A DNA stretch of 37,431 nucleotides. Source: Candidatus Thorarchaeota archaeon. Its GTDB lineage: Archaea; Asgardarchaeota; Thorarchaeia; Thorarchaeales; Thorarchaeaceae. The first letter of the stretch is position 1. Every line of letters begins with the position of its first letter. Location: contig JAWAQK010000006.1 of NCBI GenBank assembly GCA_038893995.1, forward strand, positions 24,367 through 61,797. Direction: 5' to 3'. Under the pieces are notes generated by a model. The model saw only the letters and a list, made by a program, of their open reading frames with translations. It was not told the DNA's origin and ran no database searches. Shown one piece after another: positions 17,418-26,512 of the stretch. Position numbers and translations under genes: made by a program.

Positions 17418-18005
17418 ATGATGAAGTCTGCTCAAACGACTGACCACATCTTCAAGGTGTGCGTCACTGGTGACGCCGCTGTTGGAAAGAGCAGCGCGAT
17501 ACGTAAGTGGGTCACCGATGGGTTCGATACAGAATACCAGGTGACTGTCGGGGTGCAGCACTATACAAAGTATGTTGATCTCTCAGGTTCTGGCATTGAC
17601 TCCACGGTGAAACTGATCATATGGGACCTGGGAGGACAGCAGACATTCAGTTTCATCAGGCCTCTGTTCTACCGGGCTGCACGAGGCGTGATTGTGATGT
17701 TTGACCTTGGCAACCGGGGATCTTTTGATTCTCTAAACAACTGGATCAGGGAGGCTGAGGTGAACGTTGGTCGGAGAGTCCCGATGGTAGTTGCAGGCAA
17801 CAAGGCGGACCTAGAACGTTATGAAGTTGATGTGGATGAGGCACGTGAGTTCTCAAGGACACTGGGTCTTCCGTTTCTTCTGACCAGCGCTAAGGCCGGG
17901 ATGAATGTGCCCGACCTGTTCATCACCCTCGCCATAATGATACTCCAGGAATCGACGAAGTGCTCAGGCCCCGTCAACCCTGGTGCCGCGTGCATGTTGG
18001 CCTAG
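17418..18005 (+). CDS. Rab-like small GTPase with CaaX-like C-terminus
   Basis: G1 GDAAVGKSS, G3 WDLGGQ, FYRAA, G4 NKAD, G5 SAK; ends KCSGPVNPGAACMLA*. Start placed at ATG 17418, after the TATA box. Confidence 0.94.
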   Translation: MMKSAQTTDHIFKVCVTGDAAVGKSSAIRKWVTDGFDTEYQVTVGVQHYTKYVDLSGSGIDSTVKLIIWDLGGQQTFSFIRPLFYRAARGVIVMFDLGNRGSFDSLNNWIREAEVNVGRRVPMVVAGNKADLERYEVDVDEAREFSRTLGLPFLLTSAKAGMNVPDLFITLAIMILQESTKCSGPVNPGAACMLA

Positions 18006-18946
18006 GGTGCATCTTGGAGCTGGATGTAGGTCTCAAAGATGTCGCGCTGACGTACGAATCTTACTGATATCTTGTCTCCCACTCTCTTTTTCATGATCAG
18101 TTTACGCAGACTCTCCATCCCGTCAATGTCCACATCGTCCACTGCGACGACTATGTCCCCGGGTCTCAGACCTGCCTTCATTGCTGGGCCCCTTGGGACC
18201 TGGACAAGCAGGGCGCCCGTGTCGACAGGCAGATCGTAGTATGACGAGATGCGCCTGTTCAGCGTGACGCCGACGACCCCCATCCACGGGGTCCTGACAG
18301 TGCCGGTCTGAATCAGCTCCTCAATGACGGACTTTATTCCGTCCACGGCGATCGCAAACCCGATACCCTGACTCCATGGTACCATCGCTGTCGGAACACC
18401 GATCAGTCGTCCCGCCGTGTCTACTAGGGCGCCGCCCGAGTTCCCCGGATTGATCTGCGCCGATGTCTGGATGAGTCCCTCGAGATACACATCATCCCCG
18501 CCTATGGTCCTGTCAACCGCACTGACCATGCCGAAGGTCACGGTCAGTCCTAGACCAAGGGGATTACCGATGGCTATTGCAAACTGGCCGACTCTCAGTG
18601 ATGACGAGTCACCGAGGACTATCGGTTTCAGGTCGGGCGCCTTTATCCTGAGTACCGCTATGTCTCTCTGGGGCGACCTTCCGACCAGAGCTGCCTTGTA
18701 CAGACTCCCGTTGTACAGAGTGACCTCGACATCACGCGACCCTGCGATCACGTGGTTGTTGGTCACAATGTACCCATCCGCACTGACTATCACTCCCGAG
18801 CCCTGGCCCTGGACAGGGACGACGCTATACAGCTGCGTCTGTGCCAGCTTCGTGACGGACACGCTCACCACGCTGGGAATCACTCTCTGGACCACATCTA
18901 CGAAGTTCTTCTCCATCTCGTAGAACGGGCATGACTCATCGGACAT
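18002..18946 (-). CDS. htrA: HtrA/DegP-family trypsin-like serine protease with one PDZ domain, no signal peptide
   Basis: GSGVI, TNNHV, DIAVL, AIGNPLG, INPGNSGG; PDZ GPAMKAGLRPGDIVVAVD. Confidence 0.93.
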   Translation of the reverse strand: MSDESCPFYEMEKNFVDVVQRVIPSVVSVSVTKLAQTQLYSVVPVQGQGSGVIVSADGYIVTNNHVIAGSRDVEVTLYNGSLYKAALVGRSPQRDIAVLRIKAPDLKPIVLGDSSSLRVGQFAIAIGNPLGLGLTVTFGMVSAVDRTIGGDDVYLEGLIQTSAQINPGNSGGALVDTAGRLIGVPTAMVPWSQGIGFAIAVDGIKSVIEELIQTGTVRTPWMGVVGVTLNRRISSYYDLPVDTGALLVQVPRGPAMKAGLRPGDIVVAVDDVDIDGMESLRKLIMKKRVGDKISVRFVRQRDIFETYIQLQDAP

Positions 18947-19125
18947 GGGGAGACCATAGAGTGTCTTCAGCTAATAGGTTCACCGGTGGGACTAGGGGAC
19001 CTGGTCGAGATAGTGCACCTCTTGCTGCCTTCTGAAGTACCATCAGCAGACTTGAGCGATCATCACCATGTCCGGAAGAGCCGTAGAACGTCAGGTACGG
19101 ATCTGGCGGACTCTCCAGACATGCT

Positions 19126-21366
19126 CTATGCCTTCTTGCGCTGCGACCTGGGGATTACTATCCGAAACTCTGCACCCTGGTCGTGGTGCCCCGGTACTCT
19201 ATCGCCTATCTCTATACGGCCTCCGTATTTCTCTGCTATCTGCGACGACTGATGAAGTCCGAATCCTCCAAACCTACGGGCCTTATCGAGGAGGACCGCC
19301 TTCGTTGAGTCAGGGACCCCTGGTCCGTCGTCGGCAACGGTCACTACGTAGCTCTGTGCCTCTTCAGACAGAGTGACCCAGACTCGCTTGACAGGCTTTG
19401 GATTGTGTTCGATGGCGTTGATGAGAATATTGGTAAGTAGGAGCTCGAGATACTCATCTGCCTCCACAATTGCCTCTGTAACGTCGTAGTGAGTCTCGAA
19501 CTGAACGTTCTCTGAACGGCTGCTCAGGGCCATCACACAACTGTCCAGGACCTCACGTAACGACCTCTCGACAAGGGGGACGTTCATAAGATGCTCCGTG
19601 GCTCGCACCTCGTCGATCAACCGCGAGCACTTCTTCACTGCGCCTGAGATTATGTCGAAGAACGATGATCTTGTCGTTTCATCATAGGACTCGCGAAGTA
19701 GTGCCGATGCACTGGCTATGACCTGTAGCTGATTCCTTATGTCATGGGTCATGATATCCAGATAGATGTAGGCCCTATCGCTGGCCGACTTCATCTCTCT
19801 CTCGACCCTTCGTCGGTCAGTGACATCGATGACGGCTATCTGCAGTGCAGGGGCACCCGCGTAGTCGACCACTGATGAGTAACTCTCGACCCATCTTACT
19901 TCTCCCGACGTTCTGATGAGCCTGTACTCTTGAGTTGTGGGTAGTGGCCTTCCAGCCAGACCCTTCAGGAGATTCTCTCTGAGCGTTTCTCTGTCCTCAG
20001 AGTGCACCATCTCCCAGACCTCGTCGATATGCATCTTTACTAGTTCGTCCACCTGACGCATGACTATCTTGGCGAAGGCCGAATTGGCGTAGAGGATTCC
20101 GTGCTCTCCGAGGATCATGATTCCCTGTGGACTATTGTCCGCAAGCTTCCTGTAGCGTGACTCAGACTTTATCATCTCGTCCTCTCGCATCTTCCGCTGG
20201 GTGATGTCCTGTGCTGTACCGAGGACACCGATCACGTTTCCATCGGAGTCCACGAGCGGGACTCGACTGATCTCCCACCAACACACCCTGCCATCGGCAA
20301 AACTGACTCTCTCGACCACGTGGAACTCCGGCGTGTTCTGTGTCATCACCCTCTCGTCTGCAGCCACAAAGGCCTCTGCCTGTGCCTCCGTCCATCCAAG
20401 GTCACGGTCGGTCTTTCCCGCTATACTCTCGGGACGCCCTGCGCCGGATGTCACAGCGAAGTTCGCATTGCATCCCATATAGACATGGGATCTGTCCTTC
20501 CAGAACACGAGCGCCGGGATGGTGTTCATGACCAGTCCGAGAAGTGTCAGTGACTCCTTCAGTCGATCCTGCATGCGTCGCATCTCACCGATATCATCGA
20601 ATGTGCACAGCACTTCGTGGACGTTCCCCTCATTGTCTAGCCGGGGATACATCTTGTACCTCAGATGGACGCGCCTGTTCCAGCAAGACACGAAATGATG
20701 CTCTCCGGTCACCACTGACTTTGTCTGGACACATCGCTGCAGCTCGTCTCTCAGGCGGGGATCCTGCAGCAGAGTGAGGCCTGCCTTCGTAAGGTCGTCG
20801 TATTGCTCCGCTGGTGCAGCTACGAGCTGCAGTGCGGCCCGGTTTGCGTCGGTCACCACTCCGTCAGGACGCACGATCACAATTCCGATCGGACTCTCAT
20901 TGAACAGAGTGCGGTACTTCTCCTCGCTGTGAACGAGAGCCTGACTTGTCCGGACAATTCCTGTGATGTCTGTGACCACCCTCAGAAAACCTACAGTCTC
21001 TCCCTTGTTCCCTATCAGTGGGGACTCAGACACAATGGTGGACACGGCCTCCCCGGTCCAGTGGATCCATTCGAGCTCGTACTGTGGGACTCTCTTTGTC
21101 TTGTCATCGACACTCTGTCCCGTCAATACTTCCTTGTACTTCGGACTGAGAAGTCGCAAGAGATCACTCCCAACAAGCTCGTCCGCGCGGAAACCGACCA
21201 TCTCGCAGAAACGCTGGTTCACAAAGAGTATGTCATTCTTGTTGTCTGTGACTACGACTCCGTCATTCATGAAGTCAATCAGTGCCTTGTAGAATTCTGG
21301 CGGAGGTTGCCTCCCCAAGTCCGCAGACGGCCACTTTGTCGGGCCATTTCCTTGCTCCACGGTCAA
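19126..21366 (-). CDS. Cytoplasmic multi-PAS (about 4 PAS/PAC) histidine kinase
   Basis: Repeated PAS/PAC units ending DIT, DIG, DIT and DVT; H-box IMTHDIRN, N-box NILINAIEH, DDGPG, GGFGL. Confidence 0.93.
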   Translation of the reverse strand: MTVEQGNGPTKWPSADLGRQPPPEFYKALIDFMNDGVVVTDNKNDILFVNQRFCEMVGFRADELVGSDLLRLLSPKYKEVLTGQSVDDKTKRVPQYELEWIHWTGEAVSTIVSESPLIGNKGETVGFLRVVTDITGIVRTSQALVHSEEKYRTLFNESPIGIVIVRPDGVVTDANRAALQLVAAPAEQYDDLTKAGLTLLQDPRLRDELQRCVQTKSVVTGEHHFVSCWNRRVHLRYKMYPRLDNEGNVHEVLCTFDDIGEMRRMQDRLKESLTLLGLVMNTIPALVFWKDRSHVYMGCNANFAVTSGAGRPESIAGKTDRDLGWTEAQAEAFVAADERVMTQNTPEFHVVERVSFADGRVCWWEISRVPLVDSDGNVIGVLGTAQDITQRKMREDEMIKSESRYRKLADNSPQGIMILGEHGILYANSAFAKIVMRQVDELVKMHIDEVWEMVHSEDRETLRENLLKGLAGRPLPTTQEYRLIRTSGEVRWVESYSSVVDYAGAPALQIAVIDVTDRRRVEREMKSASDRAYIYLDIMTHDIRNQLQVIASASALLRESYDETTRSSFFDIISGAVKKCSRLIDEVRATEHLMNVPLVERSLREVLDSCVMALSSRSENVQFETHYDVTEAIVEADEYLELLLTNILINAIEHNPKPVKRVWVTLSEEAQSYVVTVADDGPGVPDSTKAVLLDKARRFGGFGLHQSSQIAEKYGGRIEIGDRVPGHHDQGAEFRIVIPRSQRKKA

Positions 21367-21485
21367 CTAACCACTCATCGGATGTGTTCATTCTGACTAT
21401 TTGGCTGCCACCAATATATTTGCTTATGTGTCCTGGTCTACGTCGCAGTACGAGGCCCCATGGGTCTGTGACGTAGCGTCAGCAT

Positions 21486-23660
21486 TCATCTTTGTGTGTT
21501 GCACCTGGGCAGTCTGACGACGAAGCACGCGCCTTGGCCTGGCTGATCGTGCACACGATCCTCCACAGAGAGTCCTCCCCCGTATCTCTCTGCTATGCGC
21601 TTGACGAGAGTGAGCCCCATCCCATGCCTTGCTGCAAGTTCTGGAGGATTCACCCCCATTATCTGTTCCCTGACTGCATCAGGTATACCGGGGCCATCAT
21701 CCGCCACTTTCACGATGAGCATATCGTCGTCCGCGGGATCCTCCTCGACGTCGATGAAGATGCTGACGTCCGGTCGTCTAGAGTGTTTGACAGAGTTGTG
21801 TACCAGGTTGTAGAACAGGTCAAACAAGAACTCATCTCCCATGACCGAGATCTGTTCATCATGTCGGCGTACCAGATGGATGGTCTTGCTAGGAAAGGCC
21901 TGCATGACCGCATCAATCGCCCTGTTGACCACCTCCTCGAGATCGTAGGTCTTGTCGGCACGAGCGCTATCCTCGACGGATGAGAGACGTCGTACGTTCG
22001 ATGTCAGTTCGATACCACGTCTGACCTGATCCATTACGGACTCGAGTATCCACTGCTGTTCGGATGTGGGTCTGAACGAATCCTGCAGCAGCTCGAGACC
22101 GAGCAGTAACGCCTGATGTATATTCTGAAGGTCGTGGCTGAGGAGGTCGTTCAGGAGTACAGCTCTAGCCCTTGCATGTTCCAGCTCTCTGCGCGTCCGA
22201 TTGCGCTCTGTGACGTCTCGGATAGTGGTCAGGTATACCGGCGTGCCTCCAATCTCTACACGGTCTATGCTGATGATAGCGTCGATCCTGGCACCAGTTC
22301 TTGTCTTCAGCGATAGCGAGTAGTCTCGCAGTTTACCGGTCCGATCCGTTCTCTCGATGATCCTTGACCAGTTTGATATGCCCATCTCCTGTAGTCTGAA
22401 ACCCTCTCTTGCCTCTGGGTCACAGCCGAGTAGGTTGAGGAGATGCAGATTCATCTCCAACGCCTCTCCATTGCTGTTGAAGAGTCCGATAGCGATAGGG
22501 GCGGACTCGAAGAGCGTGTGGTACTTCTCTCTCTCCTCTCTGAGCTGTTCCATCATGGCCCTCTGCATGGAGATATCGTGTAGTACGACTACCACTTTTG
22601 ATGGCAGTCCTGATTCTCTCCGTTGCACCACAGATGACATGATAGCATAGATTGTTGTTCCGTCCCTTCTGAGGAAGGGCACATCACTAGTCACGCGCGT
22701 CTCTGACTCAAGCAGGACCTGTTGCGATAGCGGGGAATCCCCCGGTTCCATTCTGCTATGGTCAAAGAACTTCTCCAGCCTTCTCCCAACAATTTCTTCA
22801 ATGGGATAGCCGAGTATCTTTGAGGCCGACGGGTTGCAGGAAACCACTGACCCCTCCATGTCTAGGACCAACACTCCGTCGACCATGGTGTCGAGCATTG
22901 CCCTGAGTTCGCCCTGAGATCGTCTGAGTTCGTTCTCTGCCAACCACTGAGGAGTTGCATCTCTGACGTACTCAAGTACGCCGACTATTTCGTCTGTGCT
23001 GGGATCTCGCATGGGAGCACTGTAGAGGTCCAGCCATCCGACGGTCGTGTTCTCAGAGTCGGTGAGTGGCACACCTGCGTAGGCAGGCCTCCCCTCCCTG
23101 AGGGCCTTGAGGCTTGGACAGAATGTACAGGGCTTGTCGCGATTCTGGTAGACCACATGGCATTTCTTCCCCACGACCGGCATGTGATGCTTATACCATT
23201 CCTCCATTTTCCAGTTGACTGCAACAATGTTCAGGTTAGTATCGAGGAAACTCACACCGTCCTGGATACTCGAAAGGACCATAGACAGTAGCGGTTCCGA
23301 CTCGTCTATTGTCAGCGTGCTTCTTGGTTCTCGACATAGGACGACAAGGGCATGCGGTTGATGGTCGTCGTGTGTCACCGGAAGGACGGCCAGTGTCATC
23401 AGCTGCCTCTTGCCGCTCAGAATGGCCTCAATATGACGGTATCTCGCGCTTCTCTCGATGACGGCGGCGGAACAGAGACCGAGGTACGCCGACATGAAGG
23501 GTAATACCTCCGGTGCGGTGTGTCCGTCAATGTCATCATCGCTGATGTAGCCATCTAGCCATTCTGTAAGAGCCCGGTTATGTCTCTCGATCAGCATCTC
23601 CGCGTCTACGACGAACGCAGGACTCGTCATGGAATCAACAAGCTCTGCTAGTCTATCCAA
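21486..23660 (-). CDS. Cytoplasmic multi-PAS (about 4 PAS) histidine kinase
   Basis: PAS units ending DAT, DIS and DVT; Cys motif GKKCH...PCTFCP; H-box LSHDLQN, N-box NLVHNSVKH, DDGPG, GMGL. Confidence 0.93.
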   Translation of the reverse strand: MDRLAELVDSMTSPAFVVDAEMLIERHNRALTEWLDGYISDDDIDGHTAPEVLPFMSAYLGLCSAAVIERSARYRHIEAILSGKRQLMTLAVLPVTHDDHQPHALVVLCREPRSTLTIDESEPLLSMVLSSIQDGVSFLDTNLNIVAVNWKMEEWYKHHMPVVGKKCHVVYQNRDKPCTFCPSLKALREGRPAYAGVPLTDSENTTVGWLDLYSAPMRDPSTDEIVGVLEYVRDATPQWLAENELRRSQGELRAMLDTMVDGVLVLDMEGSVVSCNPSASKILGYPIEEIVGRRLEKFFDHSRMEPGDSPLSQQVLLESETRVTSDVPFLRRDGTTIYAIMSSVVQRRESGLPSKVVVVLHDISMQRAMMEQLREEREKYHTLFESAPIAIGLFNSNGEALEMNLHLLNLLGCDPEAREGFRLQEMGISNWSRIIERTDRTGKLRDYSLSLKTRTGARIDAIISIDRVEIGGTPVYLTTIRDVTERNRTRRELEHARARAVLLNDLLSHDLQNIHQALLLGLELLQDSFRPTSEQQWILESVMDQVRRGIELTSNVRRLSSVEDSARADKTYDLEEVVNRAIDAVMQAFPSKTIHLVRRHDEQISVMGDEFLFDLFYNLVHNSVKHSRRPDVSIFIDVEEDPADDDMLIVKVADDGPGIPDAVREQIMGVNPPELAARHGMGLTLVKRIAERYGGGLSVEDRVHDQPGQGACFVVRLPRCNTQR

Positions 23661-23994
23661 TCTCCTCAGTCGTCCTTATCTTGCATGGGGATGTGACTTG
23701 CGTCACCTGTTGCCCGCCCAAACCCATTGTGTTACGCTTCTCTCGAACCAAGATAAAGCAAGCTGTGACGGCCAGTGTCATCGTTTACCCCGATGCTCAT
23801 CTGGGTTGTTGTGAGGGTTTCCTGGCAGCGGTATGTCTGGTCGCAAGATCAGACGTATAGATCGCGGATGGTGGCATTGATCTGACTGAGGATCCACGAA
23901 GTACCAGAGCCGATGGTCCGTCACTCCCCCACTGACCTCTCCATAAGGCGTCACACACTTATATTCAACGAGCTAGTGATTCATCGGGGTCTAT

Positions 23995-24915
23995 GTGGAT
24001 TCGTCGCAAGACTTGCCGGCAATAAGGCTCACTATGGACATGTTCAGGTCGCCGGAGGAGGTGTGGGAACAGTTACTCGACCCTGTGCTCATGGTAGAAT
24101 GGCTCGGGAGCGAAATACGTTGCGATCTTAGAGAGGGCGGGATGATATCCTTCTATGGCGAGGAGGCCCCGACAACAGCGGAGATGGGTGATACATGGAC
24201 TCTGAAACGGATCAGACCAGGCCACGCAGTGTTGATGGGCTGGGAGATCATGGGTGTAGATACACTTGTCTATATCCGATTGACTCGTATCGGCCCGGGG
24301 ACACAACTGGAGCTGAGACATGGATCCATCCCCTCATCTGCCAGACCTCTGCACCTTCCCGAGCACTGGAGGCTGTTGATGGCTAATTTCAGATCCGTCC
24401 TTGAACTTGGTGAGCCTGCTGTCAGATTCAACTACCGCGAGTACAGGCCTGTGCATGTGACCCGTTACGACAAGCCCGAAGTGAGAGCCAGCGTCCTGTG
24501 CCGAACACCCCCCTCTCTCCCATTTGATGTATGGACCAACCCTGAAAAGCTCAGACACTTCCTGAAGATCGAGAGGCCGGTGGTCGATCGCAGGTTCGGC
24601 GGTATCTACACCTGGTGGGGTGAGGGAATGGGACCGGTCGTGTTCACTAGGATCGTTCAGGATAGAGAACTGGAGTTCACTTGGGCGTACCGTGACGAGC
24701 CGGAGAGTAGGGTGAATATTCGATTTGAGCCTGTTGAATCTAGCACTCTCGTCTCCCTACATCATTATGGATTCCGAGACACTCAGACTGCGGTCGGTTA
24801 CAACATTGGGTGGTCAAGCGTACTGGCTGAACTGAAGTTGACCTGTGAGCTAGGCGAGTCCGGCATCAGAGTGGACTACATGGGTGATGATATGGTCATG
24901 AGGAACTATCCCTAG
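23995..24915 (+). CDS. Tandem SRPBCC (AHSA1/Aha1-like) domain protein
   Basis: Two repeats of the pattern SPEEVWEQLLDP...W...DLREGG...W...ELRH...W. TATA-like CTTATA about 35 nt upstream. Confidence 0.85.
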   Translation: MDSSQDLPAIRLTMDMFRSPEEVWEQLLDPVLMVEWLGSEIRCDLREGGMISFYGEEAPTTAEMGDTWTLKRIRPGHAVLMGWEIMGVDTLVYIRLTRIGPGTQLELRHGSIPSSARPLHLPEHWRLLMANFRSVLELGEPAVRFNYREYRPVHVTRYDKPEVRASVLCRTPPSLPFDVWTNPEKLRHFLKIERPVVDRRFGGIYTWWGEGMGPVVFTRIVQDRELEFTWAYRDEPESRVNIRFEPVESSTLVSLHHYGFRDTQTAVGYNIGWSSVLAELKLTCELGESGIRVDYMGDDMVMRNYP

Positions 24916-24948
24916 TCAGTGAATAGCCTGCCCAGTGACGACGTGCAC

Positions 24949-25686
24949 TCACAACATTGGCGTACCTGGGAAGAGCATGATCCACATCGAGAATGAGGTC
25001 ACCACAGGAATCAAGAAGTTGTCTACCCACCTACGAGATAGGAGCTCTGTCATGGTCACGATGATTCCGACCAGAGCAATGTGGGGTACTACTGCCATGA
25101 CTTCGATGTCGGCGTACATGAAGAGTGATACCAGTACGGATATGCAGCTGAATGAGAACACAGCAATGCTCCCCTCCAGAGACTTCTTTCCAATCCTCAC
25201 GTCAAAGAGATGTCCTCCAAACAGTCTGCCGAACACCTCTCCTGCTCCGTCGGCCCACGACACGGAGAGTATCGCTGCGGTGATTATTGCTGGTTGATGC
25301 AGGAATAGCACGAAGCAGATTGCAAAGGAGAACAGGCCCATGAATCCTGCCATAAAGGTGCTCCACCTGGTCTCTCCCTCTCTGCTTCCAGCCATCAGTA
25401 GTTCTGACAACAGAGTGCTCTTGTGCGCCCATGCATAGGCAATGACACTCAGGAATATGACTGCAGCAAGGACAGGGCCGCTGAGACTTGAGTATCTCAC
25501 CACGGTGAGACCAATCACGCTTCCGTTCAGCACGTGGACCAACTTCCTACACTGCCACCTGGGCCAACCTCGACGTGACATCGTATGGGCGATGACGATG
25601 GATGCGACTGCTGCAGATCCTGTCAGGGTGGCCAGTATGACGTCCGCGACGGTCATCTCTGCTAGTATCAGCTCGACCATTAGCAT
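24949..25686 (-). CDS. Polyprenol/dolichol/phytol kinase-like CTP-dependent membrane kinase (SEC59/DGK1/VTE5 family)
   Basis: RKLVHV, WADGAGEVFGRLFG, KKSLEGS and DNFLIP motifs; multi-TM. Confidence 0.88.
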   Translation of the reverse strand: MLMVELILAEMTVADVILATLTGSAAVASIVIAHTMSRRGWPRWQCRKLVHVLNGSVIGLTVVRYSSLSGPVLAAVIFLSVIAYAWAHKSTLLSELLMAGSREGETRWSTFMAGFMGLFSFAICFVLFLHQPAIITAAILSVSWADGAGEVFGRLFGGHLFDVRIGKKSLEGSIAVFSFSCISVLVSLFMYADIEVMAVVPHIALVGIIVTMTELLSRRWVDNFLIPVVTSFSMWIMLFPGTPML

Positions 25687-25868
25687 CGACCGGTCGTAGC
25701 GGTGTATATTTTACCGTTGCTAGTGCTTACCATACACGTTCACGATACGACATGCTTATTTCAGATGTGCTCACTATTATAGAGTAGTGATATTAGGTCC
25801 CGCACGTAGACCCTCCGGGGGGTACGAGGAGGGCCATTGTTGGGAACCTGAAGTGAGAGAACAACGAT

Positions 25869-26453
25869 ATGAGAGACCAGAACGAGGGAAGCAGGATCTT
25901 CAAGGCAGTCCTCATAGGAGACGGAGCTGTTGGCAAGACCAGCATTCGCCGCAACTACCTTGGTGAGGACTTCATGGACGGTCACATAGCCACAATTGGA
26001 GTTGACCTTGCGACAAAACGGGTCCTGTACAACAAGGAAGTCGTGAAGTTCATAATCTGGGACCTGGCGGGTCAGCCGACGTTTGAGAAGGTGAGGGGGC
26101 ACTACTATCAGGGCGCCAACGGGATCCTGCTCGTCTATTCTGTCGTGGACCGCAGATCGTTCGACAACGCGTCGAAGTGGCTCGTCGAGGCATACCGGAA
26201 CATGAAGCGCCTTGTTCCAACTGTCATCATTGGAAACAAGATCGATCTCAGGAATGGCGTTCCTGAGTCCCAGCTTGTCACAACAGAAGAGGGGCAACGA
26301 TTCACGGAGTATTTCATCAACAAGCTCGGGATTCCTGCTGTGTTCATCGAGGTGTCAGCCAAGACCGGTGAGAAGATACAGGATGCCTTCAGTGAGCTTC
26401 TTCGGATGATGTCTGAGGCAGAGGACCGGGAGAATGCCTTCAGGGTCGGTTGA
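25869..26453 (+). CDS. Rab-like small GTPase
   Basis: G1 GDGAVGKTS, switch [26 protein letters not shown]. Confidence 0.95.
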   Translation: MRDQNEGSRIFKAVLIGDGAVGKTSIRRNYLGEDFMDGHIATIGVDLATKRVLYNKEVVKFIIWDLAGQPTFEKVRGHYYQGANGILLVYSVVDRRSFDNASKWLVEAYRNMKRLVPTVIIGNKIDLRNGVPESQLVTTEEGQRFTEYFINKLGIPAVFIEVSAKTGEKIQDAFSELLRMMSEAEDRENAFRVG

Positions 26454-26512
26454 AGTTTCCGCATTCGGAACCCTTATCACGCCCAGTAACTATTGTTAAT
26501 CACGCTGGGACT

